From: Gammaproteobacteria bacterium
GTDB lineage: Bacteria > Pseudomonadota > Gammaproteobacteria > Steroidobacterales > Steroidobacteraceae
Length of the DNA stretch: 64,000 nt
Direction of reading: 5' to 3'
NCBI GenBank assembly: GCA_003164785.1
Contig: PLUE01000065.1
Location: 30,003-94,002 of the forward strand
Shown here: piece by piece, positions 1 to 9,071 of the stretch
How positions within the stretch are numbered: position 1 is the stretch's first letter
Layout of the letters: each line of letters opens with the position of its first letter
The notes under the pieces: model-generated
The model's database searches: none
Told to the model about the DNA's origin: nothing
Seen by the model: the letters and a program-made list of their open reading frames with translations, nothing else
Made by a program: the position numbers and the translations under genes

Positions 1-1
1 C

Positions 2-685
2 AGCAACGGGGCCTTCGTCAACGGGCCCATATCGTTCAAGTCGGACAACATCTGGAGCTACGAGGTGGGCGAGAAACTGCGCCTCTTCGACAATCGCGTG
101 ACCGTGAATGGCTCCCTGTACTTCGAGAAATGGAGCGGTGTGCAGCAAACCAACTCACTCTCCCAATGCGGTTACGTCTATTCGGTGAACGCGGGCGATG
201 CACATGTGCGCGGTGGCGAGCTCGAGATTCAGGCCATCGTCGTGCCTGAACTCACGGTGTCGGGAAATGTAGGGTACACGCATGCGGCGCTGGTGAGTTC
301 CACCCTCATCGATGCGGGATTCAGCCCGGGAACGGCCATCCAGGACGTGCCGCAGTGGACCTCCGCCGTGTCGGCGGCCTATCGACATAGGCTGACGGAC
401 CAATTGGTGCTCACGGCACGCGCCGACAACACCTATACCGGGAGCCGTACCGACGAGACCTACTCGATCAATGAGCTGCCGTCCTACGACCTCACCAACG
501 TTCGTGCCGGTGTGGAAGCGGGACATTGGTCGGCTGTTCTCTTCATGAACAACGTGGGGGATAAGCGGGCGCTCCTCAACAACGTCACGCAAGCCGCCGA
601 GAATATTCCGACCTTCAACCGGGTCGCGGTGAGCCAGCCGCGCACCGCCGGCATCGACCTGAGCTATCGCTTCGGCGGAACGTGA
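2..685 (+). CDS. TonB-dependent receptor, C-terminal part (5' end outside window)
   Basis: The frame is open from base 2 (SNGAFVNGPISFKSDNIWSYEVGEK...). The barrel-type C-terminus ends ...TAGIDLSYRF, typical of TonB-dependent receptors. Confidence 0.8.
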   Translation, partial: SNGAFVNGPISFKSDNIWSYEVGEKLRLFDNRVTVNGSLYFEKWSGVQQTNSLSQCGYVYSVNAGDAHVRGGELEIQAIVVPELTVSGNVGYTHAALVSSTLIDAGFSPGTAIQDVPQWTSAVSAAYRHRLTDQLVLTARADNTYTGSRTDETYSINELPSYDLTNVRAGVEAGHWSAVLFMNNVGDKRALLNNVTQAAENIPTFNRVAVSQPRTAGIDLSYRFGGT

Positions 686-692
686 CCGGATC

Positions 693-720
693 GGGCCGCG
701 GCGGTCATCCGCCGCGGCCC
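693..720. terminator. GC-rich hairpin between convergent genes (putative bidirectional terminator)
   Basis: Perfect 12-bp stem GGGCCGCGGCGG / CCGCCGCGGCCC with 4-nt loop TCAT, followed by ATCTTTA. It lies between the stops at 685 (+) and 814 (-). Confidence 0.5.
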
Positions 721-813
721 ATCTTTACCCTTCCCGCTAGGGTACGCGGCGAGCGCACCGGACTCCGGCACGCCCCAGTCCGCGGCCGGCGATCCCGCGA
801 ATCCGATGCATCC

Positions 814-2238
814 TCACGGCGTACCGCCTTGCTTCGCAGGAACAGGCTCGGCCGCCGCGGCCTTCTCCACCCCGCGCAGCATCCGATCGAGCGCCGCGCG
901 GTCGAAGTAGCGTCCCGCGAGGACGACCCCGCGGATCTTTTGCGTGTTGGCGATATCCTCGAGCGGATTGGCATCGAGGAGCACGAGATCGGCGAGCTTG
1001 CCTTTCTCGACCGTGCCTAAATCCGCGGTTCGACCCATGAATTTCGCCGGATTGAGTGTCGCCGTCTGCAGGGCCTCCATCGGCGTCAGTCCCGCGCGTT
1101 GGAACAGCACGAGTTCCTGGTGCAGGCTGAAGCCCGGGAATATATGCACGCCCGCCGCCGTGTCGGTGCCGGCCATGAATGGGACCCCGGCGCGGAACAT
1201 GGCGAGCGTCATATCGAGCTCCATCTGCACGAACTTCTTGCGCACCGGCAGGGGGTCAGTATCCATATCCTTCTTGATATCGCTCACGAACATGGGCCAG
1301 GTGTGGTCCTTCCATGCGGACGGTGCATACTTGATGAGCGGATCGTGGCTCAAGTCGATGTCATCGACCAGCCATTGGCCGCGCTCCCACACCAGCGTCG
1401 GCACCTGCCAGGTTTGATTCTTCGCCATGAGCGCGATCAAGGCCTTGGCGCGGGCCGGGTCGAAGTTCTTGACATTGAGCCCGAGGCTTTTCGGACCCTT
1501 GATGAGCTGATCCTCGATGGGCGTGCTGCCTTCGAAGATGCCGGTGAAGTGCTCGATACTCTTCTGGCCCGCGTTGGACGCCTCCGAGGCCCGCACCGCG
1601 TCCGGTACGTGCCCCACGAACACGATTCCGAGCTTGTGCGCCTCGTCCGCCGCCGCGAAATACCCATCGCGCGGAATGAGCGACTGAATCTTGATGAAAT
1701 CGACGCCGCGCGCCTTGAGATCATCGACTATCCGGCGGGCGTCCGCTGCATTAGCCACCGGCGCAGAGCTCGGAAAGCGCGGCACCGGACCATCCAGCAT
1801 GGGTCCGGCGATGAACATGCGCGGCCCGAGCAGTCGTCCGGCGGCGATCGACGCGCGCCACTTCGTGAGCACGTCGAGATCGCCGCCCATGTCGCGCACG
1901 CCCGTGATACCGTTCGCGACGAAGAGCGGCAGCACCACCTTTTCGTCGCGCGGCAGCCAGTCCCCGAATACGGTATGCACGTGCATGTCCCAGAGCCCCG
2001 GGATCAGGTATTTGCCCGAGCCGTCCACGGTCTTCACATCGGGAGGCGCATGCACCACATCGCTCGTACCGAGCTCGGCGATGCGCCCATCGCGGACGAT
2101 GACGGTCATGTCTCGCTGCGGCGGCGCCCCGGTCGCATCGATGACCTCGATATGCGTGATCGCGAGCGTGTCGGCCGGTGCGGCCCCCGCGGTAAGGAAA
2201 CTCGCGAGCGCCAGGCACGCTGCAAAAAGTCGTCTCAT
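814..2238 (-). CDS. Secreted metal-dependent amidohydrolase family protein
   Basis: 474-aa ORF with signal peptide MRRLFAACLALASFLTAGAAPA. Motifs seen: LIPGLWDMHVHT (HxH metal site), FVGHVPD, and GTDT near the C-terminal third. Confidence 0.85.
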   Translation of the reverse strand: MRRLFAACLALASFLTAGAAPADTLAITHIEVIDATGAPPQRDMTVIVRDGRIAELGTSDVVHAPPDVKTVDGSGKYLIPGLWDMHVHTVFGDWLPRDEKVVLPLFVANGITGVRDMGGDLDVLTKWRASIAAGRLLGPRMFIAGPMLDGPVPRFPSSAPVANAADARRIVDDLKARGVDFIKIQSLIPRDGYFAAADEAHKLGIVFVGHVPDAVRASEASNAGQKSIEHFTGIFEGSTPIEDQLIKGPKSLGLNVKNFDPARAKALIALMAKNQTWQVPTLVWERGQWLVDDIDLSHDPLIKYAPSAWKDHTWPMFVSDIKKDMDTDPLPVRKKFVQMELDMTLAMFRAGVPFMAGTDTAAGVHIFPGFSLHQELVLFQRAGLTPMEALQTATLNPAKFMGRTADLGTVEKGKLADLVLLDANPLEDIANTQKIRGVVLAGRYFDRAALDRMLRGVEKAAAAEPVPAKQGGTP

Positions 2239-2346
2239 ATCTCAAGCCTCGGATTTGTCGTAGTAATGCCGCTTCCCCCAATCAGTATCTTATCCATAGC
2301 GTAGGGGTGGATCGTGACTGCACGCAAGGAGAACTCACGCCGCGTG

Positions 2347-2466
2347 CTACTCCGAGGCGTGTTTCAGCTCCTGGAGCCGCACGAGCAGCGCTGGTATGTC
2401 GGTCTCGATGATGCTCCAGACAGTATCGTTGTCGATGCCCAGATATCCGTGAATGAGCCGATTGCG
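2347..2466 (-). pseudogene. HepT/DUF86 (HEPN) toxin C-terminal remnant
   Basis: The minus-strand frame reads RNRLIHGYLGIDNDTVWSIIETDIPALLVRLQELKHASE*. It contains the Rx4HxY HEPN motif. Sequence upstream is disrupted by a G/C homopolymer-rich stretch, and no start codon or partner gene is present. Confidence 0.4.
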
Positions 2467-2571
2467 GGGGGCAGGGGGGCGGGGGCGACCATTCGTCCTC
2501 GGCCGGCAGATCAATACCGCAGGCGGCCCGCCGCCAGAGGTGATTGCGCGAGAGAGGCCTTCATAAAGCGA

Positions 2572-3669
2572 TCATTTCCCAGGGTTGTGACTGCTCGTGG
2601 ACGTTGCGGCAGTCCATCGCAGTTGATCCAGAAGCGCCCGGGCCGCCGGAGCGGAAGACGCGGGATTTTGACCGGTGATCAGCAGGCCGTCCGTGACCAC
2701 GTGCGCTTGCCAGTCTGCCTCCTTTGAGTAGGCCCCACCCTCTTCGATCAGCATGTCCTCGACCAGGAATGGCACGACGTCGCTGAGACCCGCGGCGCGC
2801 TCCTCGGTGTTGGAAAATCCTGTGACTGCTTTGCCCTTCACCAGGGGTTCGCCGGTCGCGGATTTGACACGTCGAAAGACGCCGGGTGCATGACATACCG
2901 CGGCAAGCGGCTTTGCCGCGGCGAAAGTTGCCTGAATCAACGCAATCGACTCAGGGTCCTCCGCCAAGTCCCACAGCGGACCGTGGCCGCCCGGATAGAA
3001 CACGGCATCGAAATCCGCCGCGACGATGTCGCGCAACCGCCGCGTGTTGGCGAGGGCCGTTTGAGCGGCAATATCCGACTTGAATCGGCGTGTGGCGTCG
3101 CTGGACGATTCCGGCCTATCGCTCGTCGGGTCGAGAGGCGGTTGACCGCCCTTGGGCGATGCCAAGGTCACCTTGGCGCCCGCGTCCGTGAAGACGTAGT
3201 ACGGCGAAGCCAGCTCCTCCAGCCAAAAGCCGGTCTTGCGTCCGGTGCTGCCGAGTTGGTCATGAGAGGTCAGGACCACGAGCACGTTGACCGCCATGCG
3301 GCGGTCGGTCCTCAACCAATGTAGCGCAGCGCCGTACTGATTGAAGGCGAAGCAGCGGATGTCGGCGGCGACGAATGGATCGGCGAGCGTCTCGGCTAGG
3401 TGGGCGATCGCGCTGTCGGTGACCAGGGCGATCCGTTCGATATGCCGTTGGTGGTCGCGGATGAAACGGACATGCGCGGCGAATCCGGCAAAGCTGTCCC
3501 AACCGGGGAATGACTGCGCCTCGATCAGCAGTCCGGCGAGAGTGCCGTTTTTGCCGAGATGCGCATCCGCAAAGCGGTTGAGCTCGGTAAAATCCTCGGC
3601 CGTCAATGCTCCCGACGGTTTCACGTGCAGGATGCCGCCCGGTTCGATCATCGTGAATTCCAACATCAT
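2572..3669 (-). CDS. STAS/SpoIIAA-like (DUF3478-type) domain fused to a DJ-1/PfpI (type-1 glutamine-amidotransferase-like) domain
   Basis: Start ATG at 3669, preceded by GGGAGA. The N-terminal ~115 aa (MIEPGGILHVKPSGALTAEDF...ERIALVTD...) look STAS/SpoIIAA-like. The C-terminal ~240 aa (NVLVVLTSHDQLGSTGRKTGFWLEELASPYY...AAVCHAPG...ITGQNPASS) are DJ-1/PfpI-like. There is no stop codon between the two parts. Confidence 0.75.
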   Translation of the reverse strand: MMLEFTMIEPGGILHVKPSGALTAEDFTELNRFADAHLGKNGTLAGLLIEAQSFPGWDSFAGFAAHVRFIRDHQRHIERIALVTDSAIAHLAETLADPFVAADIRCFAFNQYGAALHWLRTDRRMAVNVLVVLTSHDQLGSTGRKTGFWLEELASPYYVFTDAGAKVTLASPKGGQPPLDPTSDRPESSSDATRRFKSDIAAQTALANTRRLRDIVAADFDAVFYPGGHGPLWDLAEDPESIALIQATFAAAKPLAAVCHAPGVFRRVKSATGEPLVKGKAVTGFSNTEERAAGLSDVVPFLVEDMLIEEGGAYSKEADWQAHVVTDGLLITGQNPASSAPAARALLDQLRWTAATSTSSHNPGK

Positions 3670-4169
3670 GAGTCTCCCGAAGTGCCGCCGACCGTCTTCA
3701 ATGTGCAAGCAGCCTAGCGGGATTTGGCCGCCTACTCTGTCCGCTAGTGAACGGAACAAAATCGTCGGCGAAAATCAGAACAGAATCGAAAGAGCCCTGA
3801 TCGATCCATCTCAATCCCTTCATTGCAAAAGCGCAGCCCAATTCAGTATTTCTGTGCCACGCCAGAGTGCCGCAGCAGCGAAAATATCGTGAGCGGCGAC
3901 CGTCGATCTATTGACTGGAATGGCAGAGACGTTTACTTTCGGCTCAATTATACAGGGCGGCAAGAATCAATTCAGGGATGAAACGATCAGCTCTCTTCGC
4001 AAACCAGCGTTGCGCCAAGTCGTTCATGAGTCAACCCTCTTCGCAGACACCGCTCTTCGAGCGACACAGGGCGTCGATTCGGCCAACTTCTCGTTGGCCA
4101 ACGTAATCATTTCGCGGGGCGGCCGCTCCGGCTTGTTGGCAAACAGAAGAGAAGGGGGAGGAACCGAGG

Positions 4170-4544
4170 ATGGCAAACACGATACGATCGGGCGACAAAA
4201 GCAATCAAGATCTCACGCGCCGCGCGGACGCAGACGCAGCGGCGCCAGTCCAGACTGTGGACGTCGAGTTTGACTTGACGAGCACCCCAAAGCCACCAGG
4301 AATTGTGCGTCTGTATCTCTCCGGTACTCAACCGGGTAACGAGATTGCAACCTCCGCAAAGCCGCACGGTGTGCTTCACCAGCAAGTCGTTGGGTCGGAT
4401 CTCCAGCTCATCATGGATATCACGGGGAATAGCGGCGAGGGCGGTTCATTTTCCGTCAAGGCTGCTTTGCCCAGCCCCATTTCTCTTCACCTCGATGATG
4501 GGCCTTCAAAGAAGTCGATAAAGTACTTGCATGTAACGGGGTGA
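4170..4544 (+). CDS. Hypothetical protein (124 aa), first gene of an AT-richer two-gene cassette
   Basis: Strong RBS GGGGGAGGAACCGAGG immediately before the ATG. The stop lies 3 nt before the next start. No recognisable motif. Confidence 0.5.
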   Translation: MANTIRSGDKSNQDLTRRADADAAAPVQTVDVEFDLTSTPKPPGIVRLYLSGTQPGNEIATSAKPHGVLHQQVVGSDLQLIMDITGNSGEGGSFSVKAALPSPISLHLDDGPSKKSIKYLHVTG

Positions 4545-4547
4545 GAC

Positions 4548-5936
4548 ATGAAGGCAATCATTCTGATGCTGGCGGGATGCTTCGCTTGCATGGGCTTTAC
4601 GTCATCCTGCTTCGGGGCAGACGGCACTACGACCGAGTCGCAAAAAAGCGCAATCTTGGAGCCGCTATCGTCAGAAAACGCGCAATCTTCCACAGTTCCT
4701 TCATTCTCCAACGCCGCTTCAATCGAGGCCGGCACATCGGATACCAAAGGCAGCCTGATGTTCGCGGGGTTCGTGCCGCAGACGGCATTCGGCAACTACG
4801 TGCATTATGAACTCGGTGGTGATGCGCCCCTGGCGACCAAGGGATCGACGGATGAGGTGGACATCGGAACGGTATCGGGGCTGAGCGCCGGCGCTTCCGC
4901 GCATGGTTCGATCTCTGCCATGTGGTGGCCCCATCAGAGCGACTCCGCCTTGAAGGTTATGGGCGACATCTGTGCCAACGAACTTCCCAAGCTAATACCG
5001 GGATTTACAATTTCTGAAGTCTTTTGGCTTTCCGATGTTGACGGCGATTGCAGCCGATCCTTGTTCAAGAAGGACCTGTTGCAGAAGATCGTCGATGGTT
5101 TGAACGCTACAATCAATCAGTGCCGGAATCTCGCCATCAAGACTGAACAATTCGACCGCGACGCGGCGGATGCCGAGGAGGTGGCAAAAAAGGATCCCAC
5201 GAAGGGGAAAGCCATGCAGCCAAAGCAGCCGACGGCGACCGAAGATGTCACCGATAAACAGCGGCAGCTGCAGTGCGATGCCTTGATGAAGCATCCAGAG
5301 CTGACCACGACCTCCCACGGAAAACCTGTATTCGATCCCAAGGCCAAGGTGGTGCTGCAAAACGTCGACAACCCGGCAACACTGACCAGGATTCTTGCGG
5401 AAATAAATCAATCCGATCGCACCCTGAGTCATGTGACTCTGTTGACTGTCGGCACGACGGTCAACCGGCAAAAGGACGCCTATTTTAACAAGAGCGATCT
5501 CGCAACCCTGATCAGCGATCATACGACGGGGTACGGCGCGAACATTACTCTGTCGCAGATTCGAGGGAGCGCACTCTATGCGGGCGGATTCTCATATGAG
5601 AAGACATCCAAAAGCGCCACTCCCACGCAGGTCTGCTCGCCGGTCAAGGGTTCAACATCGCTGAATTGTCCCTCCGGTACCATCGGTCCCCCGCAGGAAA
5701 CTTTTTCCCGGATATTATTCGCCGAGACCCGTGTCCTCATCAAGACAGGCGTATTCGCAATCGCCCCGCGACTGGAGTACGACGTGACGGCATCGAAGCT
5801 CGCCGCGAAGCTGCCATTGTACTTCGCGCCTGACAAGAGCAAGGCCCTTACGGGAGGCATAGCCCTCGGTTACGTCACGCACGGAGCTGGGTTCGGTGCC
5901 TCGATATTCGTGAACAAAGCGTTCTCTTTCTATTGA
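4548..5936 (+). CDS. Hypothetical secreted protein (462 aa), beta-rich C-terminus ending in aromatic residues
   Basis: Signal peptide MKAIILMLAGCFACMGFTSSCFGA. The last ~80 aa have alternating hydrophobic residues (...GGIALGYVTHGAGFGASIFVNKAFSFY). I recognise no family. Confidence 0.65.
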   Translation: MKAIILMLAGCFACMGFTSSCFGADGTTTESQKSAILEPLSSENAQSSTVPSFSNAASIEAGTSDTKGSLMFAGFVPQTAFGNYVHYELGGDAPLATKGSTDEVDIGTVSGLSAGASAHGSISAMWWPHQSDSALKVMGDICANELPKLIPGFTISEVFWLSDVDGDCSRSLFKKDLLQKIVDGLNATINQCRNLAIKTEQFDRDAADAEEVAKKDPTKGKAMQPKQPTATEDVTDKQRQLQCDALMKHPELTTTSHGKPVFDPKAKVVLQNVDNPATLTRILAEINQSDRTLSHVTLLTVGTTVNRQKDAYFNKSDLATLISDHTTGYGANITLSQIRGSALYAGGFSYEKTSKSATPTQVCSPVKGSTSLNCPSGTIGPPQETFSRILFAETRVLIKTGVFAIAPRLEYDVTASKLAAKLPLYFAPDKSKALTGGIALGYVTHGAGFGASIFVNKAFSFY

Positions 5937-6168
5937 TCCACGTGGGGGGAGCCACGGGCGTCACGCGTACGGGGGGGGGTATGCGATCGTGCAGGGTTCG
6001 CCGTACCCTCAGGCACCGGCGCCCGCCGCCGCGGGCGCGACGATGACGGGCTCAGGCACCCAAAGCGCTGGCGATACTCGCCAGTATTTCTTAACAGCAA
6101 CTTAACGGGCCGCGGTCGCATCATCGTTCCCAGGGGGGGTGGCATAAAAATGCATTGGAGAACACACG

Positions 6169-8685
6169 ATGCTTCCCGCATGGATGGATTCGATATCGTT
6201 CCGCACCGAGCAGAACGGTGCTTGCAAAATACGCCTGATCGATGATCGGCCGCTGTATTCACCGCCGCAGTCGCTGAAGATTGCCAAACGATCAAGTGCT
6301 GCGGCCGCCGCTGCAGTCGCGATCGGAATTCTCGGCGGCTCCTTTGCTTTCAAGGTGATGGCCGAGACGGCGACCATGTCCGAGGACGCGGGCGCCGCTC
6401 TTGATGAGATCGTGGTAACGGCGCAAAAACGCGTATCGACGGTTCAGACGACGCCGATCAGCATCACTGCGGTCAGCGGCGCCGATTTGCTGGCTCGCGG
6501 CGTCTCCTCCTTGGCCTCTTTGGCGCAGGGCACGCCCGGCGTTTCGCTCAAGAGCGAAGGGCCCAGTCAGACGGAGATCGAGATGCGGGGCATGACCTCC
6601 AGCGGCGGCAACTCCGCCACGGTCGGCTTCTATCTCGACGACATTCCCTTGGCGGGGCCTGCAAGTGCCCAGAATGGGCACGTGGTGATCGACCCCGATC
6701 TCTACGACCTCAGTCGCGTCGAGATCCTGCGCGGGCCTCAAGGTACGCTGTTCGGGTCGGGTTCGATGGGCGGCACAGTCCGATTGATTAGCAACCAGCC
6801 GAACTTGACGGAGTTTCAAGCGACCACACAGAGTGTCTTGTCGGGCACCGACGGCGGCGGGTTCAATCACAAAGACAGTTTGATGGTCAACCTTCCTCTT
6901 ATCAACGACACCTTGGCATTGCGGGTGGCGGGAACGGAAGACTATACGAGCGGTTGGATCGACCGCATCGTAGTCAACTCCCTTCCAATAGCCGTTGGAA
7001 GTCCGGTCGGCACCGTGCGCGGCGACGTCCAGAACGCCCCCATCGAGAAGCAATATCCGGGCTCGAATGCCTATCAAACCTACGCAGTGCGCGCGAGTCT
7101 GCTGTGGAAGCCGATGGAAAACCTGTCGGTCACGCCGGCATTCTTCCACACGACCAGTACTCAAAACGGCATCAGTGCCTATGACAGCAATCCCGGTACC
7201 CTGGCGCACTACCAACCTTTTGACATCGCCGAACCGCTGACCGATTCGCTGACGGCCTACAGCCTCAATGTGAATTACAGTTTCCCGTGGTTCGATCTGA
7301 CATCGAGTACTGCGCGATGGACCCGAAACTCCTCTCAGGTAGAGGAGGCCAGCGAGGCCTTCAATAATCCGGCCGAAGGAATTACCTATGCCTCTAACAA
7401 CGGTCTTCCGAACCCTGGTTATTATGGCCCGACCGGGTCGGGTCCGCAGCACGGTATCGAAGACGATCCTTCCCATCAGTTCAGCGAGGAGCTGCGATTG
7501 GCTTCGACGGGGAACGGAAGAGCCAGCTGGGTTGGCGGGCTCTATTACAGCAATTACTACTCTTTGTGGGGCTTCCGGGGTACGACGCCCAATTACTCCT
7601 CGTATATGGATCTCGGCACGCTCGCGCCGGCAACCACACCCAACTGGTACGATGCCTACTCGCCTACCACGCTCTCGCAGTTTGCGGCCTTCGGCGACGC
7701 CACCTATGCTCTGACCGATGCGCTCAAGATCGATGTCGGCGCCCGCGTGAATCACTACGATTATCGCTTCTCTTCGTGCCTCAGCGGCTGGGGATCGGCT
7801 CACGGAGCCGCTACGCCCTCGTGTTCCGGTCTCATCGCGCTATCGAACAACAGTTTCAACCCCAAATTCAATCTAGCCTACACGTTCAGCCCGGACTTGA
7901 TGGCGTATGCAACCGTGTCGACCGGCTTCCGTCCCGGCGGGGGCAACGCGGTCTATCCGACCACGGGTGCCGCCTGGGGAGCGGCTTTCCAGCAGCAGGG
8001 TTATACGAGCGGCAAGTGGCCCTCGACGTACGCACCGGACTCTGTCTTGAGCTACGAGCTTGGCGAAAAGTCGCGATTCTTTGATCGCCGCCTGACGGTG
8101 AACACGAGTATCTATTATGAGGACTGGCGCCACCCCCAGCTCGAGGCGTATCCGAACGACTGGGCGCTCAACATCAACGGTGACTATGTCTCCATCTATG
8201 GCGCCGACATTGACATGCTCGCTGACCTGGGGGCGGGATTTCAGTTCGAAGTCGCGGCCGGCTACCTCTATGAATATCTGGATGGGGGCCCGCACTGGGT
8301 GATTACTCCGGTCCACAAGATGCCGGAGGTCTCGCCGGAGAGTGGGACCGTCGCTCTCAACTATTCCAAGCTGCTCGGTGCCTCCTACACGTTCACGGCT
8401 CGATTGGAAAGTTCCTACACCGGCCCGCGCTACTCGATCTACTTCTCGGACCCTTACGAGTTCACTGGTACGTACAGACAAATGCCCGGCTATGACCTGG
8501 TCAACGTCCGCGCGGGAATCAAGTTTCATGATAAGTGGAGCGCGACGGCATTCGTCAACAATCTCACCAACAAGCACGCCCAGCTGGAGAGCATGTTCAC
8601 GGAAAATGAGCCCCAACCGAGCTTCACCCGCATTGAAACCAACCAGCCGCTCACCGGGGGTGTCGACCTGACCTACCGTTTCTAG
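6169..8685 (+). CDS. TonB-dependent receptor
   Basis: Plug region DEIVVTAQKR...TPISITAV, barrel repeats, and terminal ...GGVDLTYRF. The start is uncertain: the signal-peptide-like segment AKRSSAAAAAAVAIGILGGSFAFKVMA begins 37 codons after the first ATG. Confidence 0.85.
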   Translation: MLPAWMDSISFRTEQNGACKIRLIDDRPLYSPPQSLKIAKRSSAAAAAAVAIGILGGSFAFKVMAETATMSEDAGAALDEIVVTAQKRVSTVQTTPISITAVSGADLLARGVSSLASLAQGTPGVSLKSEGPSQTEIEMRGMTSSGGNSATVGFYLDDIPLAGPASAQNGHVVIDPDLYDLSRVEILRGPQGTLFGSGSMGGTVRLISNQPNLTEFQATTQSVLSGTDGGGFNHKDSLMVNLPLINDTLALRVAGTEDYTSGWIDRIVVNSLPIAVGSPVGTVRGDVQNAPIEKQYPGSNAYQTYAVRASLLWKPMENLSVTPAFFHTTSTQNGISAYDSNPGTLAHYQPFDIAEPLTDSLTAYSLNVNYSFPWFDLTSSTARWTRNSSQVEEASEAFNNPAEGITYASNNGLPNPGYYGPTGSGPQHGIEDDPSHQFSEELRLASTGNGRASWVGGLYYSNYYSLWGFRGTTPNYSSYMDLGTLAPATTPNWYDAYSPTTLSQFAAFGDATYALTDALKIDVGARVNHYDYRFSSCLSGWGSAHGAATPSCSGLIALSNNSFNPKFNLAYTFSPDLMAYATVSTGFRPGGGNAVYPTTGAAWGAAFQQQGYTSGKWPSTYAPDSVLSYELGEKSRFFDRRLTVNTSIYYEDWRHPQLEAYPNDWALNINGDYVSIYGADIDMLADLGAGFQFEVAAGYLYEYLDGGPHWVITPVHKMPEVSPESGTVALNYSKLLGASYTFTARLESSYTGPRYSIYFSDPYEFTGTYRQMPGYDLVNVRAGIKFHDKWSATAFVNNLTNKHAQLESMFTENEPQPSFTRIETNQPLTGGVDLTYRF

Positions 8686-8699
8686 CAAGAAGGTTGCCT

Positions 8700-8728
8700 G
8701 CCGCGCGCATGAGATCCATGCGCGCGGC
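8700..8728 (+). terminator. GC-rich hairpin downstream of the TonB-dependent receptor
   Basis: Perfect 12-bp stem GCCGCGCGCATG / CATGCGCGCGGC with 5-nt loop AGATC, 15 nt after the stop. No clear T-tract. Confidence 0.5.
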
Positions 8729-8816
8729 GCGACGGCATGCGCGTTAGCCAACCAGAAGTGAAACGCAGGTGCGCGGCTGGTATAGTCGTTGTAACGTCGT
8801 TGTTGAGGTTTACACG

Positions 8817-9071
8817 ATGACACAGCCAGCGCCCCTGTCCACCGTCATTGTCGGGGGCCGGACGGTCAGAGAGAACCTCGAGCATGCCGTGATGAGCGGC
8901 GCCGTGCTGCAGCATCCAGACGGCAGATATGAACTGGCTGAATCCGCATCCGACAAGCCGCCGGTGCTGGATCTGTTCATGCGGCCCTTGTCGCGGGCGA
9001 CCTCCCTGCCGTGTGCGTTTCTAAACCGGTTCCTCCGTTGCCCCATCCCACCAAGAGTGGATCGGAAATAG
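8817..9071 (+). CDS. Hypothetical protein (84 aa)
   Basis: ATG preceded by GAGG. The first ~65 codons have G/C-rich third positions. The 3' end overlaps the next ORF by 61 nt in another frame. Confidence 0.4.
   Translation: MTQPAPLSTVIVGGRTVRENLEHAVMSGAVLQHPDGRYELAESASDKPPVLDLFMRPLSRATSLPCAFLNRFLRCPIPPRVDRK

Noticed and set aside
1099-2304. Long ORFs antisense to, or out of frame with, recognisable genes. Examples: 1099-2304 (+), 6292-7803 (-), 19280-21415 (+), 28230-30173 (-), 34147-35418 (-), 41157-42716 (+), 46462-47931 (+), 51605-53269 (-), 59306-61012 (+)
   Set aside because: These are typical shadow ORFs of high-GC DNA. Their products are Arg/Gly/Pro/Ala-rich low-complexity sequence with no motifs. 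In every case the opposite or alternative frame encodes a clearly recognisable protein.
3911-4273. 120-aa ORF upstream of and overlapping the 124-aa cassette gene
   Set aside because: It has a TTG start without an RBS and mixed third-position composition. Its Arg-rich tail overlaps the better-supported ORF starting at 4170. It cannot be excluded, but it is not supported.
5937-6168. Possible riboswitch (for example cobalamin) in the leader of the TonB-dependent receptor
   Set aside because: No B12-box-like or other conserved riboswitch core sequence that I can recognise. Only homopolymer G-tracts and a short direct repeat are present.
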